Below the pieces are notes generated by a model. It saw nothing but the letters and a program-made list of their open reading frames with translations. It made no database searches and was not told the DNA's origin. Positions 24,098-32,380 of a DNA stretch of 39,904 nt are shown here, piece by piece. A program made the translations under genes and the position numbers. Each line of letters starts with the position of its first letter. Within the stretch, counting starts at the first letter, position 1. The stretch is from Candidatus Elulimicrobium sp. (GTDB lineage: Bacteria > Patescibacteriota > Minisyncoccia > Moranbacterales > UBA9337): positions 1 to 39,904 of the forward strand of contig DYKS01000003.1 of assembly GCA_020722485.1 (NCBI GenBank), in the 5' to 3' direction.

Positions 24098-24958
24098 ATG
24101 CGTATCTGTATAATTACGGACAATAAAAATTCTTATTCCTCGAAAAAATTTTTCAAGGAAGCAACTGCCAAAAATATTAAGGTTGATTTTATATTATGGA
24201 AAAGTATTTTTTTGGACGAGAAAGGTGTTATTTTTGGCGGTGATATTCCCCTGAATGAATTTGACGGAGTAATTCTGCGCAGCTCCAAGAAATTATCGGT
24301 GCCTAATATAGTAATTGTGGAATATTGCAAAGCCAATAATATCCGTCTTTTGAATAAAGATTTTTATTTTCGTTATCAATCAACAAATAAGTTACGGCAG
24401 TATTTAATTTTTAAGACAAAAGAGATACCTTGTTTGGAAACTTTTTATGGAGAGAAAGTAAGCTATTCTTTTTTAAAAAGAAGGATTGGATTGCCGTTTG
24501 TTGCCAAATCCATAAATGGCAGTTTGGGTAAGCAAATTTTTAAAATAAAAAACAGACAAGAATTTAAGAATTTCATTCGACAGCAAAAAGTTAAAAAACA
24601 GTTGTATATATTTCAAAAATTTTATTCCGGCGCCACTGATTATCGTGTTTTCATTGTCGGTAAAAAAATTTTTGGTCCGGTCAAGAGAATCGCTCCACTC
24701 GGAAAGTGGAAAACAAACGAAGTTGGTTCCGCGCATAAACGCTGTGAAAAAGAAAAACGTGTGCTTAATTTAGCAAAAAAAATTGCCCAAAAAACCAAAA
24801 TAGAATTTGCCGGTTTAGATATTTTGATTGATGCTGAAGGTCAGCCACGGATTATTGAAATGAACACTATGGGTGTTTTTAGGGTTTTTGATACTGTTTA
24901 TCCGGAAATCGATATCGCCAAAAAAACTATTGAGCTTATGGTAAATACAATGAAATAA
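24098..24958 (+). CDS. RimK-family ATP-grasp ligase
   Basis: MRICIITD... pre-ATP-grasp domain, ..LPFVAKSINGSLGKQIFKIKN.., ..DYRVFIVGKKIFGPVKRIA..GKWKTN.., ..FAGLDILIDAEGQPRIIEMNT... Start set at ATG 24098, 7 nt after the upstream stop; the track start 24065 would overlap the previous gene. Confidence 0.7.
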   Translation: MRICIITDNKNSYSSKKFFKEATAKNIKVDFILWKSIFLDEKGVIFGGDIPLNEFDGVILRSSKKLSVPNIVIVEYCKANNIRLLNKDFYFRYQSTNKLRQYLIFKTKEIPCLETFYGEKVSYSFLKRRIGLPFVAKSINGSLGKQIFKIKNRQEFKNFIRQQKVKKQLYIFQKFYSGATDYRVFIVGKKIFGPVKRIAPLGKWKTNEVGSAHKRCEKEKRVLNLAKKIAQKTKIEFAGLDILIDAEGQPRIIEMNTMGVFRVFDTVYPEIDIAKKTIELMVNTMK

Positions 24959-25089
24959 TTTATAGTGTTAAGATTAAAATTTTTTAAAAAAATTGTTTTA
25001 TAAAAGTAGATATTTTATTTAATATTGCGCATACTGTAATCGCTTTTAAAAAAGACGTATAATAAAAAATAAAAGCAGATAATCAAAAT

Positions 25090-27639
25090 ATGAGATCTAT
25101 ATTCATTTCAAATAATTTTAGAAATAATTCTTCTAATAATTGGCAGAAAACTATCGGCAAAATTATTTTATATTTTTGTATAGCCGGATTTCTTTTAGTA
25201 ATAGGTATTTTTTCTTATTATTTAAAAGATTTGCCGAGTACCGATAAAATAAACAAAAGAGTGATTGTTGAATCTACTAAAATTTACGATCGTACTGGCC
25301 AGCATCTGCTTTATGAAATACATGGCGAGGAAAAGAGAACAATTATTCCTTTTCAGGAAATTCCCGACAATATTAAATATGCTACTATTGTTTTAGAAGA
25401 TCAAGATTTTTATTCTCATCATGGAATTAAATTAGCCTCTATTTTCCGAGCCGCTTTCAAAGACTTGCTTAAAGGACAAACTGCTCAAGGAGGATCTACT
25501 ATTACCCAACAATTTGTTAAAAATTCTCTTTTAACCCGAGAAAAAACTTTTACTCGTAAAATTAAAGAGATTATTTTGGCAATTGAAATTGAATTGAAAT
25601 TTTCCAAAAATGAAATTTTAGGAATGTATTTAAATGAAATTCCTTATGGATCTAACGCTTATGGAATTGAAGCGGCGTCAAAAACTTTTTTTGACAAACA
25701 CGCAAAAGATTTAACTTTAGCTGAAGCGGCGTTATTAGCTTCTTTACCAAAAGCTCCTTCTTATTATTCTCCTTACGGATCACACACAGAACAACTTAAA
25801 AATCGTCAGGAGATAGCATTAAATATAATGTCAGAAATGAAATTAATTTCTTCAGAAGAAGCCGAAGCGGCAAAAAAAGAAGATGTTTTAAATAAAATCA
25901 AACCCAATAAAGAAAATATCAAAGCACCTCATTTTGTAATGTATGTCAAAGATGAATTAGAGTCTCGTTATGGAAGCAATTTTATAGAAGAAAACGGATT
26001 AAAAGTTTATACCACTCTGGATTGGTCAAAGCAAAAATTAGCGGAAGAAATAGTTAAAGAAGAAGCAGAAAAAAACGCTAAAAATTACAATGCTTACAAC
26101 GCTTCTTTAGTGGCAATTGATCCTAAAAATGGACAAATATTAACTATGGTAGGATCTAAAGATTATTTTCAAGAAAGTCAACCAGAAAATTGTATTCCAG
26201 GGAAAAACTGTCTTTTTGAGCCCAATGTCAATGTCGCTATCCGTGAACGGCAACCCGGATCATCTTTTAAACCTTATGTTTATTTAGCCGCTTTTTCTAA
26301 AGGATATACTCCGGAAACTATTATTTATGATACGGAAACAAATTTTGGAAGTTCTAGTGGCGAAAAAGACTATATTCCACAAAATTATAATGGCAGTTTT
26401 CGCGGTCCCGTTAAAATGAAAGAGGCGCTAGGAATGTCATTAAATATTCCTGCGGTAAAAACTCTTTATTTAGTGGGAGTAAACAATTCTATTAAATTAG
26501 CGAAAAAACTCGGCATTGGCGGGTTAAATAATCCTGAACGTTATGGACTTTCTTTGGTTTTAGGGGGAGGAGAAGTTACTCTTTTAGATCATACCGCTGC
26601 TTATTCTGTCTTGGCTAATAAGGGTATAAAACACGAAAAAACAGCTATTTTAAAAATTGAAAACAATAAAGGAGAAATTCTGGAAGAATTTAAAGAAAAA
26701 GAAGGGGAACGAGTAATTGAAGAAAAATATGTGGCAATGTTAGATCATGTTCTTTCTACTAATAAATATCGCGCTCCAGTTTTTGGAGAAAAAAATTTAT
26801 TAAGTTTTGAAAATCGTCAAGTGGCTGCTAAAACTGGAACTACTAATGAATTTAGAGATGGTTGGACAATGGGTTATACTCCATCTATCGCAGTGGGGGT
26901 ATGGGCGGGAAATAATAATAACTCTTCTATGAAAATCGGAGCGGACGGAATTTATACTGCGGGGCCGATTTGGCGTAAATTTATGGATCAAGTTTTATCT
27001 AATTATAATATTGAAGAATTTCCTAAATATGAAGAAGAAAAAGAATTAAAGCCTATTTTAATGGGAAAATTAGAAACAGAAAAAAAAATGAAAGTTTGTG
27101 AAATTTCTTCTAAAAAAGAAAAATATTGCTTAATTAACAAATATTGTCCTGACAATAAAATTAAAGAAAAAACTTTTACAGAGGCGCACAGTATCTTGTA
27201 TTATGTCGATATCAAAGACCCGCGCGGAGATATCCCGGAAAAACCTCAAAAAGATCCGCAGTTTAAAGCTTGGGAAAAAGGAGTGAAAAATTGGTATAAA
27301 AAAAATAAAAATGAAAAATATATTGTCAGTGAAGAACCATTAAAAGAATGTGAACAAGATGACTTTAATGATTATCTGCCAAATATTTCATTATTAATTT
27401 CCGGAGAAAACACTCCTTTTTTAAATATTAAAGCTGATTGTAATGCTTCTTATGGAATAAAAAAGGTGATTTTTTATGTGGATGATGAAGAAAAAAGCAC
27501 TCAAGAAAACAAACCTTATGAATTTATTTATAGCATACCCGCTGAAAAAAATAATTCCGACATCAAAGTAAAAGTCAAATTAATTGACGATATTGATAAT
27601 GAAGCCACTGATGAAAAAACTATACATATTAGTTTTTAA
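25090..27639 (+). CDS. Class A penicillin-binding protein (glycosyltransferase GT51 plus transpeptidase) with Cys-rich linker and Ig-like C-terminal extension
   Basis: GT51 motifs EDQDFYSHHGI, GGSTITQQ, RKIKE. Transpeptidase motifs SSFKP, and KTGTTNE for the KTG box. About 200 extra C-terminal residues. Confidence 0.9.
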   Translation: MRSIFISNNFRNNSSNNWQKTIGKIILYFCIAGFLLVIGIFSYYLKDLPSTDKINKRVIVESTKIYDRTGQHLLYEIHGEEKRTIIPFQEIPDNIKYATIVLEDQDFYSHHGIKLASIFRAAFKDLLKGQTAQGGSTITQQFVKNSLLTREKTFTRKIKEIILAIEIELKFSKNEILGMYLNEIPYGSNAYGIEAASKTFFDKHAKDLTLAEAALLASLPKAPSYYSPYGSHTEQLKNRQEIALNIMSEMKLISSEEAEAAKKEDVLNKIKPNKENIKAPHFVMYVKDELESRYGSNFIEENGLKVYTTLDWSKQKLAEEIVKEEAEKNAKNYNAYNASLVAIDPKNGQILTMVGSKDYFQESQPENCIPGKNCLFEPNVNVAIRERQPGSSFKPYVYLAAFSKGYTPETIIYDTETNFGSSSGEKDYIPQNYNGSFRGPVKMKEALGMSLNIPAVKTLYLVGVNNSIKLAKKLGIGGLNNPERYGLSLVLGGGEVTLLDHTAAYSVLANKGIKHEKTAILKIENNKGEILEEFKEKEGERVIEEKYVAMLDHVLSTNKYRAPVFGEKNLLSFENRQVAAKTGTTNEFRDGWTMGYTPSIAVGVWAGNNNNSSMKIGADGIYTAGPIWRKFMDQVLSNYNIEEFPKYEEEKELKPILMGKLETEKKMKVCEISSKKEKYCLINKYCPDNKIKEKTFTEAHSILYYVDIKDPRGDIPEKPQKDPQFKAWEKGVKNWYKKNKNEKYIVSEEPLKECEQDDFNDYLPNISLLISGENTPFLNIKADCNASYGIKKVIFYVDDEEKSTQENKPYEFIYSIPAEKNNSDIKVKVKLIDDIDNEATDEKTIHISF

Positions 27640-27724
27640 GTCTTTTTTGTGTTAAATATTAAAAATTTTAATATTCTTGATTTGTAAAAACAATAAGAAA
27701 ATTAACCATATTAAAAGCGAGTAA

Positions 27725-28870
27725 TTATTTTTTAATTGGCATCACCATATACAAAAACCCTTCCATAATTTCATTCTCTTTATCGCCGGCATTTTTAAAA
27801 ATCAATGGAGAATGCGAGTTATTCACAAAAATAACTGCCTTGTGAGTGGATAAGGAATTTAATCCATCTAAAAAATAACGGGGATTTAAATAAATATCTT
27901 GATCATCTCCGGATAAAAATTCTGCTTTTAAACGCGTTTCATTTTCCCCTGATTCGTTAGAATAAGACTTTATTATAATTTCTTTTTTTTGTATATCTAT
28001 CTTTAAATTAACCTCCCCTGATTTATTGTCCGTAAAAACACTTGCCACCTTCACCGCTTTAATTATTTCATCTCTAAAAACAAAAATTTGGGTGCTAAAT
28101 TTATTGGGAATTATTTGTTTATAATCAGGATAATTACCATTTATTAAGCGCGACATTAATAAATTTCCATTTATTTCAAAAAATACCTGACCATCTTCAA
28201 AAGCAATTTTTATTTTTTCTGTTTCTAAATCAATTAATCTTACTAGTTCCATAAATGTTGCCGCTGGAATAATATGAGATGCTATTTTTTCCTCATTAGG
28301 TGATTCTTTTCTCTCTATAATAGGTATAACCCCTTCCGATAAACGAAAACTGTCTGTGGCGGCTAAAATAAGCTTATTTTCATTTTCAGAAATATTTATC
28401 CCTGTTAATTCTATTCTATTTTGAGCAGTAGCCACTGAAACCAAAATTTTTGAAATAATTTCTTTGGTTTTTAACGCGGGAATTTCTAGGAAAAATTCAG
28501 TTTTAATCTTAGGTATTATAGGAAAATCTTCATCATTTATTCCTTTTATTTTCACTTTATAATTTCCGGATATTATTTTTAAGTCATAACCTTCTGTTTC
28601 TATTTCAATATTAGTTGTTTCACTAGGTAAATTTGCCATAAATCCAGCTAATGTTTTGGCTGGAATTGCTATTTTTCCTGATTCCTCTATTTTTACCCTT
28701 AAAGTAGAAATAATTCCTATTTCTAAATTAGTGGCAGATAATTTCAAAACACCATTATCCGCTTCCATTAAAATATTATTTAAAATAGGAAGAGAATTTT
28801 GTTTTCCTGCTATTTTATCTGTATAGTCCACTGCTTTTTTAAGGTTTTTGTAAGTGCAAGATAATTTCAT
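27725..28870 (-). CDS. dnaN: DNA polymerase III beta sliding clamp
   Basis: 381 aa, three-domain clamp pattern (..LPILNNILMEA....L.L.ATNLEIGI.., ..ATDSFRLSE.., ..YLYMVMPIK), directly downstream of dnaA. Confidence 0.9.
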   Translation of the reverse strand: MKLSCTYKNLKKAVDYTDKIAGKQNSLPILNNILMEADNGVLKLSATNLEIGIISTLRVKIEESGKIAIPAKTLAGFMANLPSETTNIEIETEGYDLKIISGNYKVKIKGINDEDFPIIPKIKTEFFLEIPALKTKEIISKILVSVATAQNRIELTGINISENENKLILAATDSFRLSEGVIPIIERKESPNEEKIASHIIPAATFMELVRLIDLETEKIKIAFEDGQVFFEINGNLLMSRLINGNYPDYKQIIPNKFSTQIFVFRDEIIKAVKVASVFTDNKSGEVNLKIDIQKKEIIIKSYSNESGENETRLKAEFLSGDDQDIYLNPRYFLDGLNSLSTHKAVIFVNNSHSPLIFKNAGDKENEIMEGFLYMVMPIKK

Positions 28871-28930
28871 AAGAGTATTTATAATTACTTTTTAACATAA
28901 TTTATTATTTATTATTAAGAAATGTTTTTT

Positions 28931-29138
28931 TGTGGATAAATGGAAAAAACCTACTGCTTGACAAAAAATATGTATAAAAAAATGTTTATAACCTGCGTGA
29001 ATAATTATAGGATAAAAAAAGAATAAATTGTTAGTAAGAAATAAATTAAAATAAATTTTAGTTATCCACATAGTGGTTCAATATAGTATTCAACTGGTTA
29101 TCAACAGAAAATAGGGTATTATTAACAACTTATCCACA
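28931..29138. promoter_or_regulatory. oriC part, dnaA-dnaN spacer: DnaA boxes TGTGGATAA 28931-28939, TTATCCACA 29062-29070, TTATCAACA 29098-29106 (1 mismatch), TTATCCACA 29130-29138
   Basis: Read directly. The surrounding spacer is extremely AT-rich and could serve as an unwinding element. Confidence 0.7.
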
Positions 29139-29139
29139 G

Positions 29140-30534
29140 TTAAACATTTAATTTTTTATTTAATTGTTTAAATTCAGACTCAATTTCTTTTTTTTCATAG
29201 ATAGCGCTGCTTATTTTTTTGCAAGCATACATAACAGTTGTATGATCTCTTCCACCTAAAAAATCTCCAATTTCAGGAAAAGATAATTTTAAATGATAAC
29301 GAATTAAAAACATTGCCATTTGTCTACAAAAAGCCACTTTTTTCTTTCTATTTTTATTAAAAAGGTCTTTTTCTTGTATTTCATAAAAATCTGCTACGGT
29401 TTTAATTATTTTTTGGCGGGTTAAATTTAATGAATTGTTTTGCTGTAAAAGATCTAAAAGAATTTCTTTAATATCATTTAAACTTAATTCTCTTTGATTT
29501 AACTGGGAATAAGCGATTAATTTATTTAACGCGCCCTCTAATTCTCGTACGTTTTTATTAAAGTTTTCCGCTAGGAAACGCAAATGCTCTTTCTTTATAG
29601 AAAAATTTTTTTCTGTTGCTTTTTGTTTTAAAATAGCAACGCGCGTTTCCATGTCAGGATTACTTACATCCGCAATCATTCCCCCTTCAAAACGGGAACG
29701 GAGCCTTTCTTCTAATATACTTATTTCTTTAGGGGGACGATCGCTACTTAAAACTACTTGTTTGTTTATTTGATAAAGAGCGTTGAAAATATGAAAAAAT
29801 TCAGTTTGAGTTTTTTCCTTGCCAGAAATAAATTGAATATCATCTATGATTAATAAATCGGTTTTTTTATAATGTTCTTTAAATTTATCTATTGTCCCGT
29901 TTTTTATAGAGTCAATTAAATCAGTGGTAAATGCTTCTGATGAGATGTATTTTACTACTTTTTCCGGATTTTTACGCAAAACCTCATTTCCAATGGATTG
30001 GAGGAGATGAGTTTTTCCTAATCCTACGCCACCATAAATAAATAAAGGGTTGTAAACCATACCCGGTTTTTGAGAAACAGCATAACAAGCCGCTCTAGCT
30101 AATTCATTATTTTCTCCCACTATGAAATTTTCAAAAGTATAACGAGGATTAAGATTGTTTTTTGGGTTTAATAAAGTATTTCCGGAATAAGTGGCTTGAA
30201 AATGAACTGGCGCGGAGTTTGTTTTAAAATAAGAATTATTTTTTACGCCATCAATAGTTTTCGTCACAGAAGCAGATTTTTCCTTAATATTTCCATTTAT
30301 TACGCATTTTATTTCTTTAATATCGCTTTGAAAGTTACGCAAAGAATTAAGAATTATTTTATTAAATTTGTTTTCTAGCCATTCTTTAGCAAATCCATTG
30401 GGAACACCAATAACAACCGTTCCATTTTGATTGGAAATAATATGCGTGTCCTTAAACCAAGTGACAAATTGGGCGCTAGACAAAGAAAGTTCAGCTTCAG
30501 CTAAGACGGAATTCCAAAGAGATGTATTATCCAT
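29140..30534 (-). CDS. dnaA: Chromosomal replication initiator DnaA
   Basis: ..LNPRYTFENFIVGENN.LA.AA...V...PG..YNPLFIYGGVGLGKTHLL (Walker A), LLIIDDIQF (Walker B), C-terminal DNA-binding ..IGDFLGGRDHTTVMYACKKI... Start set at ATG 30534 (MDNTSLWNSV...). The longer track ORF would cover the DnaA box at 30564-30572. Confidence 0.95.
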   Translation of the reverse strand: MDNTSLWNSVLAEAELSLSSAQFVTWFKDTHIISNQNGTVVIGVPNGFAKEWLENKFNKIILNSLRNFQSDIKEIKCVINGNIKEKSASVTKTIDGVKNNSYFKTNSAPVHFQATYSGNTLLNPKNNLNPRYTFENFIVGENNELARAACYAVSQKPGMVYNPLFIYGGVGLGKTHLLQSIGNEVLRKNPEKVVKYISSEAFTTDLIDSIKNGTIDKFKEHYKKTDLLIIDDIQFISGKEKTQTEFFHIFNALYQINKQVVLSSDRPPKEISILEERLRSRFEGGMIADVSNPDMETRVAILKQKATEKNFSIKKEHLRFLAENFNKNVRELEGALNKLIAYSQLNQRELSLNDIKEILLDLLQQNNSLNLTRQKIIKTVADFYEIQEKDLFNKNRKKKVAFCRQMAMFLIRYHLKLSFPEIGDFLGGRDHTTVMYACKKISSAIYEKKEIESEFKQLNKKLNV

Positions 30535-30563
30535 AATAATTGATTTATTAAGACAATTTGATT

Positions 30564-30615
30564 GTGGATAAAGTATAGCACAAGATAAAAATAATACCAA
30601 AAAACCTGTGGATAA
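30564..30615. promoter_or_regulatory. oriC part, upstream of dnaA: DnaA boxes TGTGGATAA at 30564-30572 and 30607-30615
   Basis: Read directly. They are followed by about 240 nt of highly AT-rich spacer before the rpmH promoter. Confidence 0.65.
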
Positions 30616-30855
30616 GTATGTTAATAAATTGTAAATAACTTATATCTATTAGATTTTATCGCATTGTTTATGATTCTTGTAGGATAGAATTATTAATTAA
30701 TTTCTCTATTTGTTTATATTTCTAAATAATAATTTTTTTATACATTATTTCTTTATATTCTTTATAAACGGGAATTTAGTTTGTTTTTTATAATTCCAGT
30801 ATATTTAATTTTAATGAAGCGTTGTAATTATTTTTTGAAATTAAGATGCGTCGCA

Positions 30856-30884
30856 TTGACCTTATTCGCTTCTCCTGATAAACT
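30856..30884 (+). promoter_or_regulatory. Sigma70-like promoter candidate for rpmH: TTGACC, 17-nt spacer, TAAACT
   Basis: Read directly, about 57 nt upstream of ATG 30941. Confidence 0.45.
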
Positions 30885-30940
30885 GATTTATATGGTCTTG
30901 CGACTATTATTTTTTAAAAAACAATTTTTATAAAAATTTT

Positions 30941-31078
30941 ATGAAAAGAACATATCAACCCAAAAAAAATCGCAGAAAAAAGAGACACGGATTTTTAAAA
31001 AGAAGCAGTACCAGAGATGGAAAAAATGTTTTAACGCGCCGTCGTCGAAAAGGAAGAAAAAAACTAACAACTGTCTAG
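30941..31078 (+). CDS. rpmH: 50S ribosomal protein L34
   Basis: Not in the supplied track (45 aa). My translation is [45 protein letters not shown], the classic L34 sequence in the classic position divergent from dnaA. Confidence 0.9.
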   Translation: MKRTYQPKKNRRKKRHGFLKRSSTRDGKNVLTRRRRKGRKKLTTV

Positions 31079-31099
31079 AAAAAAGGGAAAAATAAAAAA

Positions 31100-31813
31100 A
31101 TGAGTTTTATTTTCAATTCTTTTGTTTATCAACCTTTGTATAATATTTTAATTTTTTTCTACAATATTTTGGGAAATGATTTTGGTGTTGCCATTATTGC
31201 TACTACATTGGTTTTGAAGGCGGTTTTTATTCCTCTTTCTAAAAAACAAATAGAGTCGCAGAAGAAACTGCAAGAATTACAGCCAGAATTGAAAAAAATT
31301 CAAGAAAAAAACAAAAACAATAAAGAAAAACAAACCAAAGAAACATTGGAGTTTTATAAAAAAAATAAAGTTAATCCTTTTTCTGGTTGTTTGCCATTGA
31401 TTTTTCAGTTGGTTTTTTTAATTGCTATTTATCGAATTATTATGAAAATTTCCGGATCAAATTTTCAAGTAGAAGCCGGATTATTATATCCGTTTATAAC
31501 CAACCCCGGTTCTATCAAGAGTTTCTTTTTAGGTTTTCTGGATATGGCTAAACCTAATTACTATCTTGCTTTTTTGGCGGCTATTGCTCAATATTGGCAA
31601 GCTCGTTCAATGATGATTGGTCAAAAAAACACATTAAACAAAACGGATAAAAAAGATTTTTCTCAAGCGATGAGTCAACAGATGATGTACTTGGGACCAG
31701 TTTTAACTTTCTTTTTCGGGATGCAATTTGCGGCGGGATTAGCGTTATATTGGTTGACATCCACTCTGTTTTCTGTTTTTCAACAAGAATATATTTTTAA
31801 AAAGAGTAAATAA
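31100..31813 (+). CDS. yidC: Membrane protein insertase YidC (short, Oxa1-like form)
   Basis: ..IPLSKKQIESQKKLQELQPE..., ..NPFSGCLPLIFQL.., ..GLALYW..S.LFSV.QQ... Confidence 0.9.
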   Translation: MSFIFNSFVYQPLYNILIFFYNILGNDFGVAIIATTLVLKAVFIPLSKKQIESQKKLQELQPELKKIQEKNKNNKEKQTKETLEFYKKNKVNPFSGCLPLIFQLVFLIAIYRIIMKISGSNFQVEAGLLYPFITNPGSIKSFFLGFLDMAKPNYYLAFLAAIAQYWQARSMMIGQKNTLNKTDKKDFSQAMSQQMMYLGPVLTFFFGMQFAAGLALYWLTSTLFSVFQQEYIFKKSK

Positions 31814-31846
31814 TAATATTATTTTTAAAGATCATTTTTTAAATTT

Positions 31847-32320
31847 ATGGAGGAAATTAAAAATTTGGAAAAAATCAAAAAAATAATAGAGAGATTATTA
31901 GATATGGCCGGTTTTCAGTGGGATGAGGTGGAAATTATAAACAATGAGGAGAATCAGGAAAATAGTGTTTTTAATATAAAAACATCTACCGATTCTAAAT
32001 TTCTCATTGGTCAATATGGAATCAATCTACAAGCATTACAACACATTGTTCGTCTTTTGATAAAAAGAGAAGTAAAAGAAAAAATTAACTTTATTTTAGA
32101 TGTCAATTCTTATAAGCAGGAAAAAAATTTCGCTATTATTCAAAAAGCTCGTTTGGCGGCCGAACAAGCCATTAAAGATAACAAGTCGGTTGTTTTGTCT
32201 CCGATGAACGCCTATGAAAGACGTGTCGTGCATTTGGAATTAAATAAAAACGAAAAAGTAACCACAGAAAGTTTAGGAGAAGGAGAGGAAAGAAAAGTGA
32301 TAGTTAAGCCGATAACTTAA
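31847..32320 (+). CDS. jag: Jag/KhpB-type RNA-binding protein (KH plus R3H domains)
   Basis: C-terminal ..SPMNAYERRVVHLEL.....V.TES.GEGE.RKV.V.P R3H signature, in the conserved position after yidC. Confidence 0.8.
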   Translation: MEEIKNLEKIKKIIERLLDMAGFQWDEVEIINNEENQENSVFNIKTSTDSKFLIGQYGINLQALQHIVRLLIKREVKEKINFILDVNSYKQEKNFAIIQKARLAAEQAIKDNKSVVLSPMNAYERRVVHLELNKNEKVTTESLGEGEERKVIVKPIT

Positions 32321-32334
32321 ATATTTTTGGGTAA

Positions 32335-32367
32335 TTGTCGCGCAGTGTCGGTTTTACTGCGCGGCAA
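32335..32367 (+). other. GC-rich 12-bp hairpin between jag and the flippase gene
   Basis: TTGTCGCGCAGT 32335-32346 pairs with ACTGCGCGGCAA 32356-32367 (one G-U pair), 9-nt loop. No trailing T-run. Confidence 0.5.
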
Positions 32368-32380
32368 TCGTCGCAATAAA

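Noticed and set aside
12716-24736. Other embedded or antisense ORFs: 7333-7530, 10680-10874, 12716-12991, 14353-14535, 16909-17094, 18607-18792, 19672-19941, 20559-20765, 20838-21071, 21320-21505, 22166-22363, 22579-22779, 23074-23313, 23159-23377, 23469-23654, 24133-24336, 24473-24736
   Set aside because: They overlap better-supported genes on the opposite strand or in another frame, their composition is biased, and no family signatures are present.
27654-27675. AT-only palindrome AATATTAAAA-A-TTTTAATATT between the convergent PBP and dnaN genes, considered as a terminator
   Set aside because: A stem made only of A-T pairs is too weak to call confidently, and such palindromes arise easily in AT-rich spacers.
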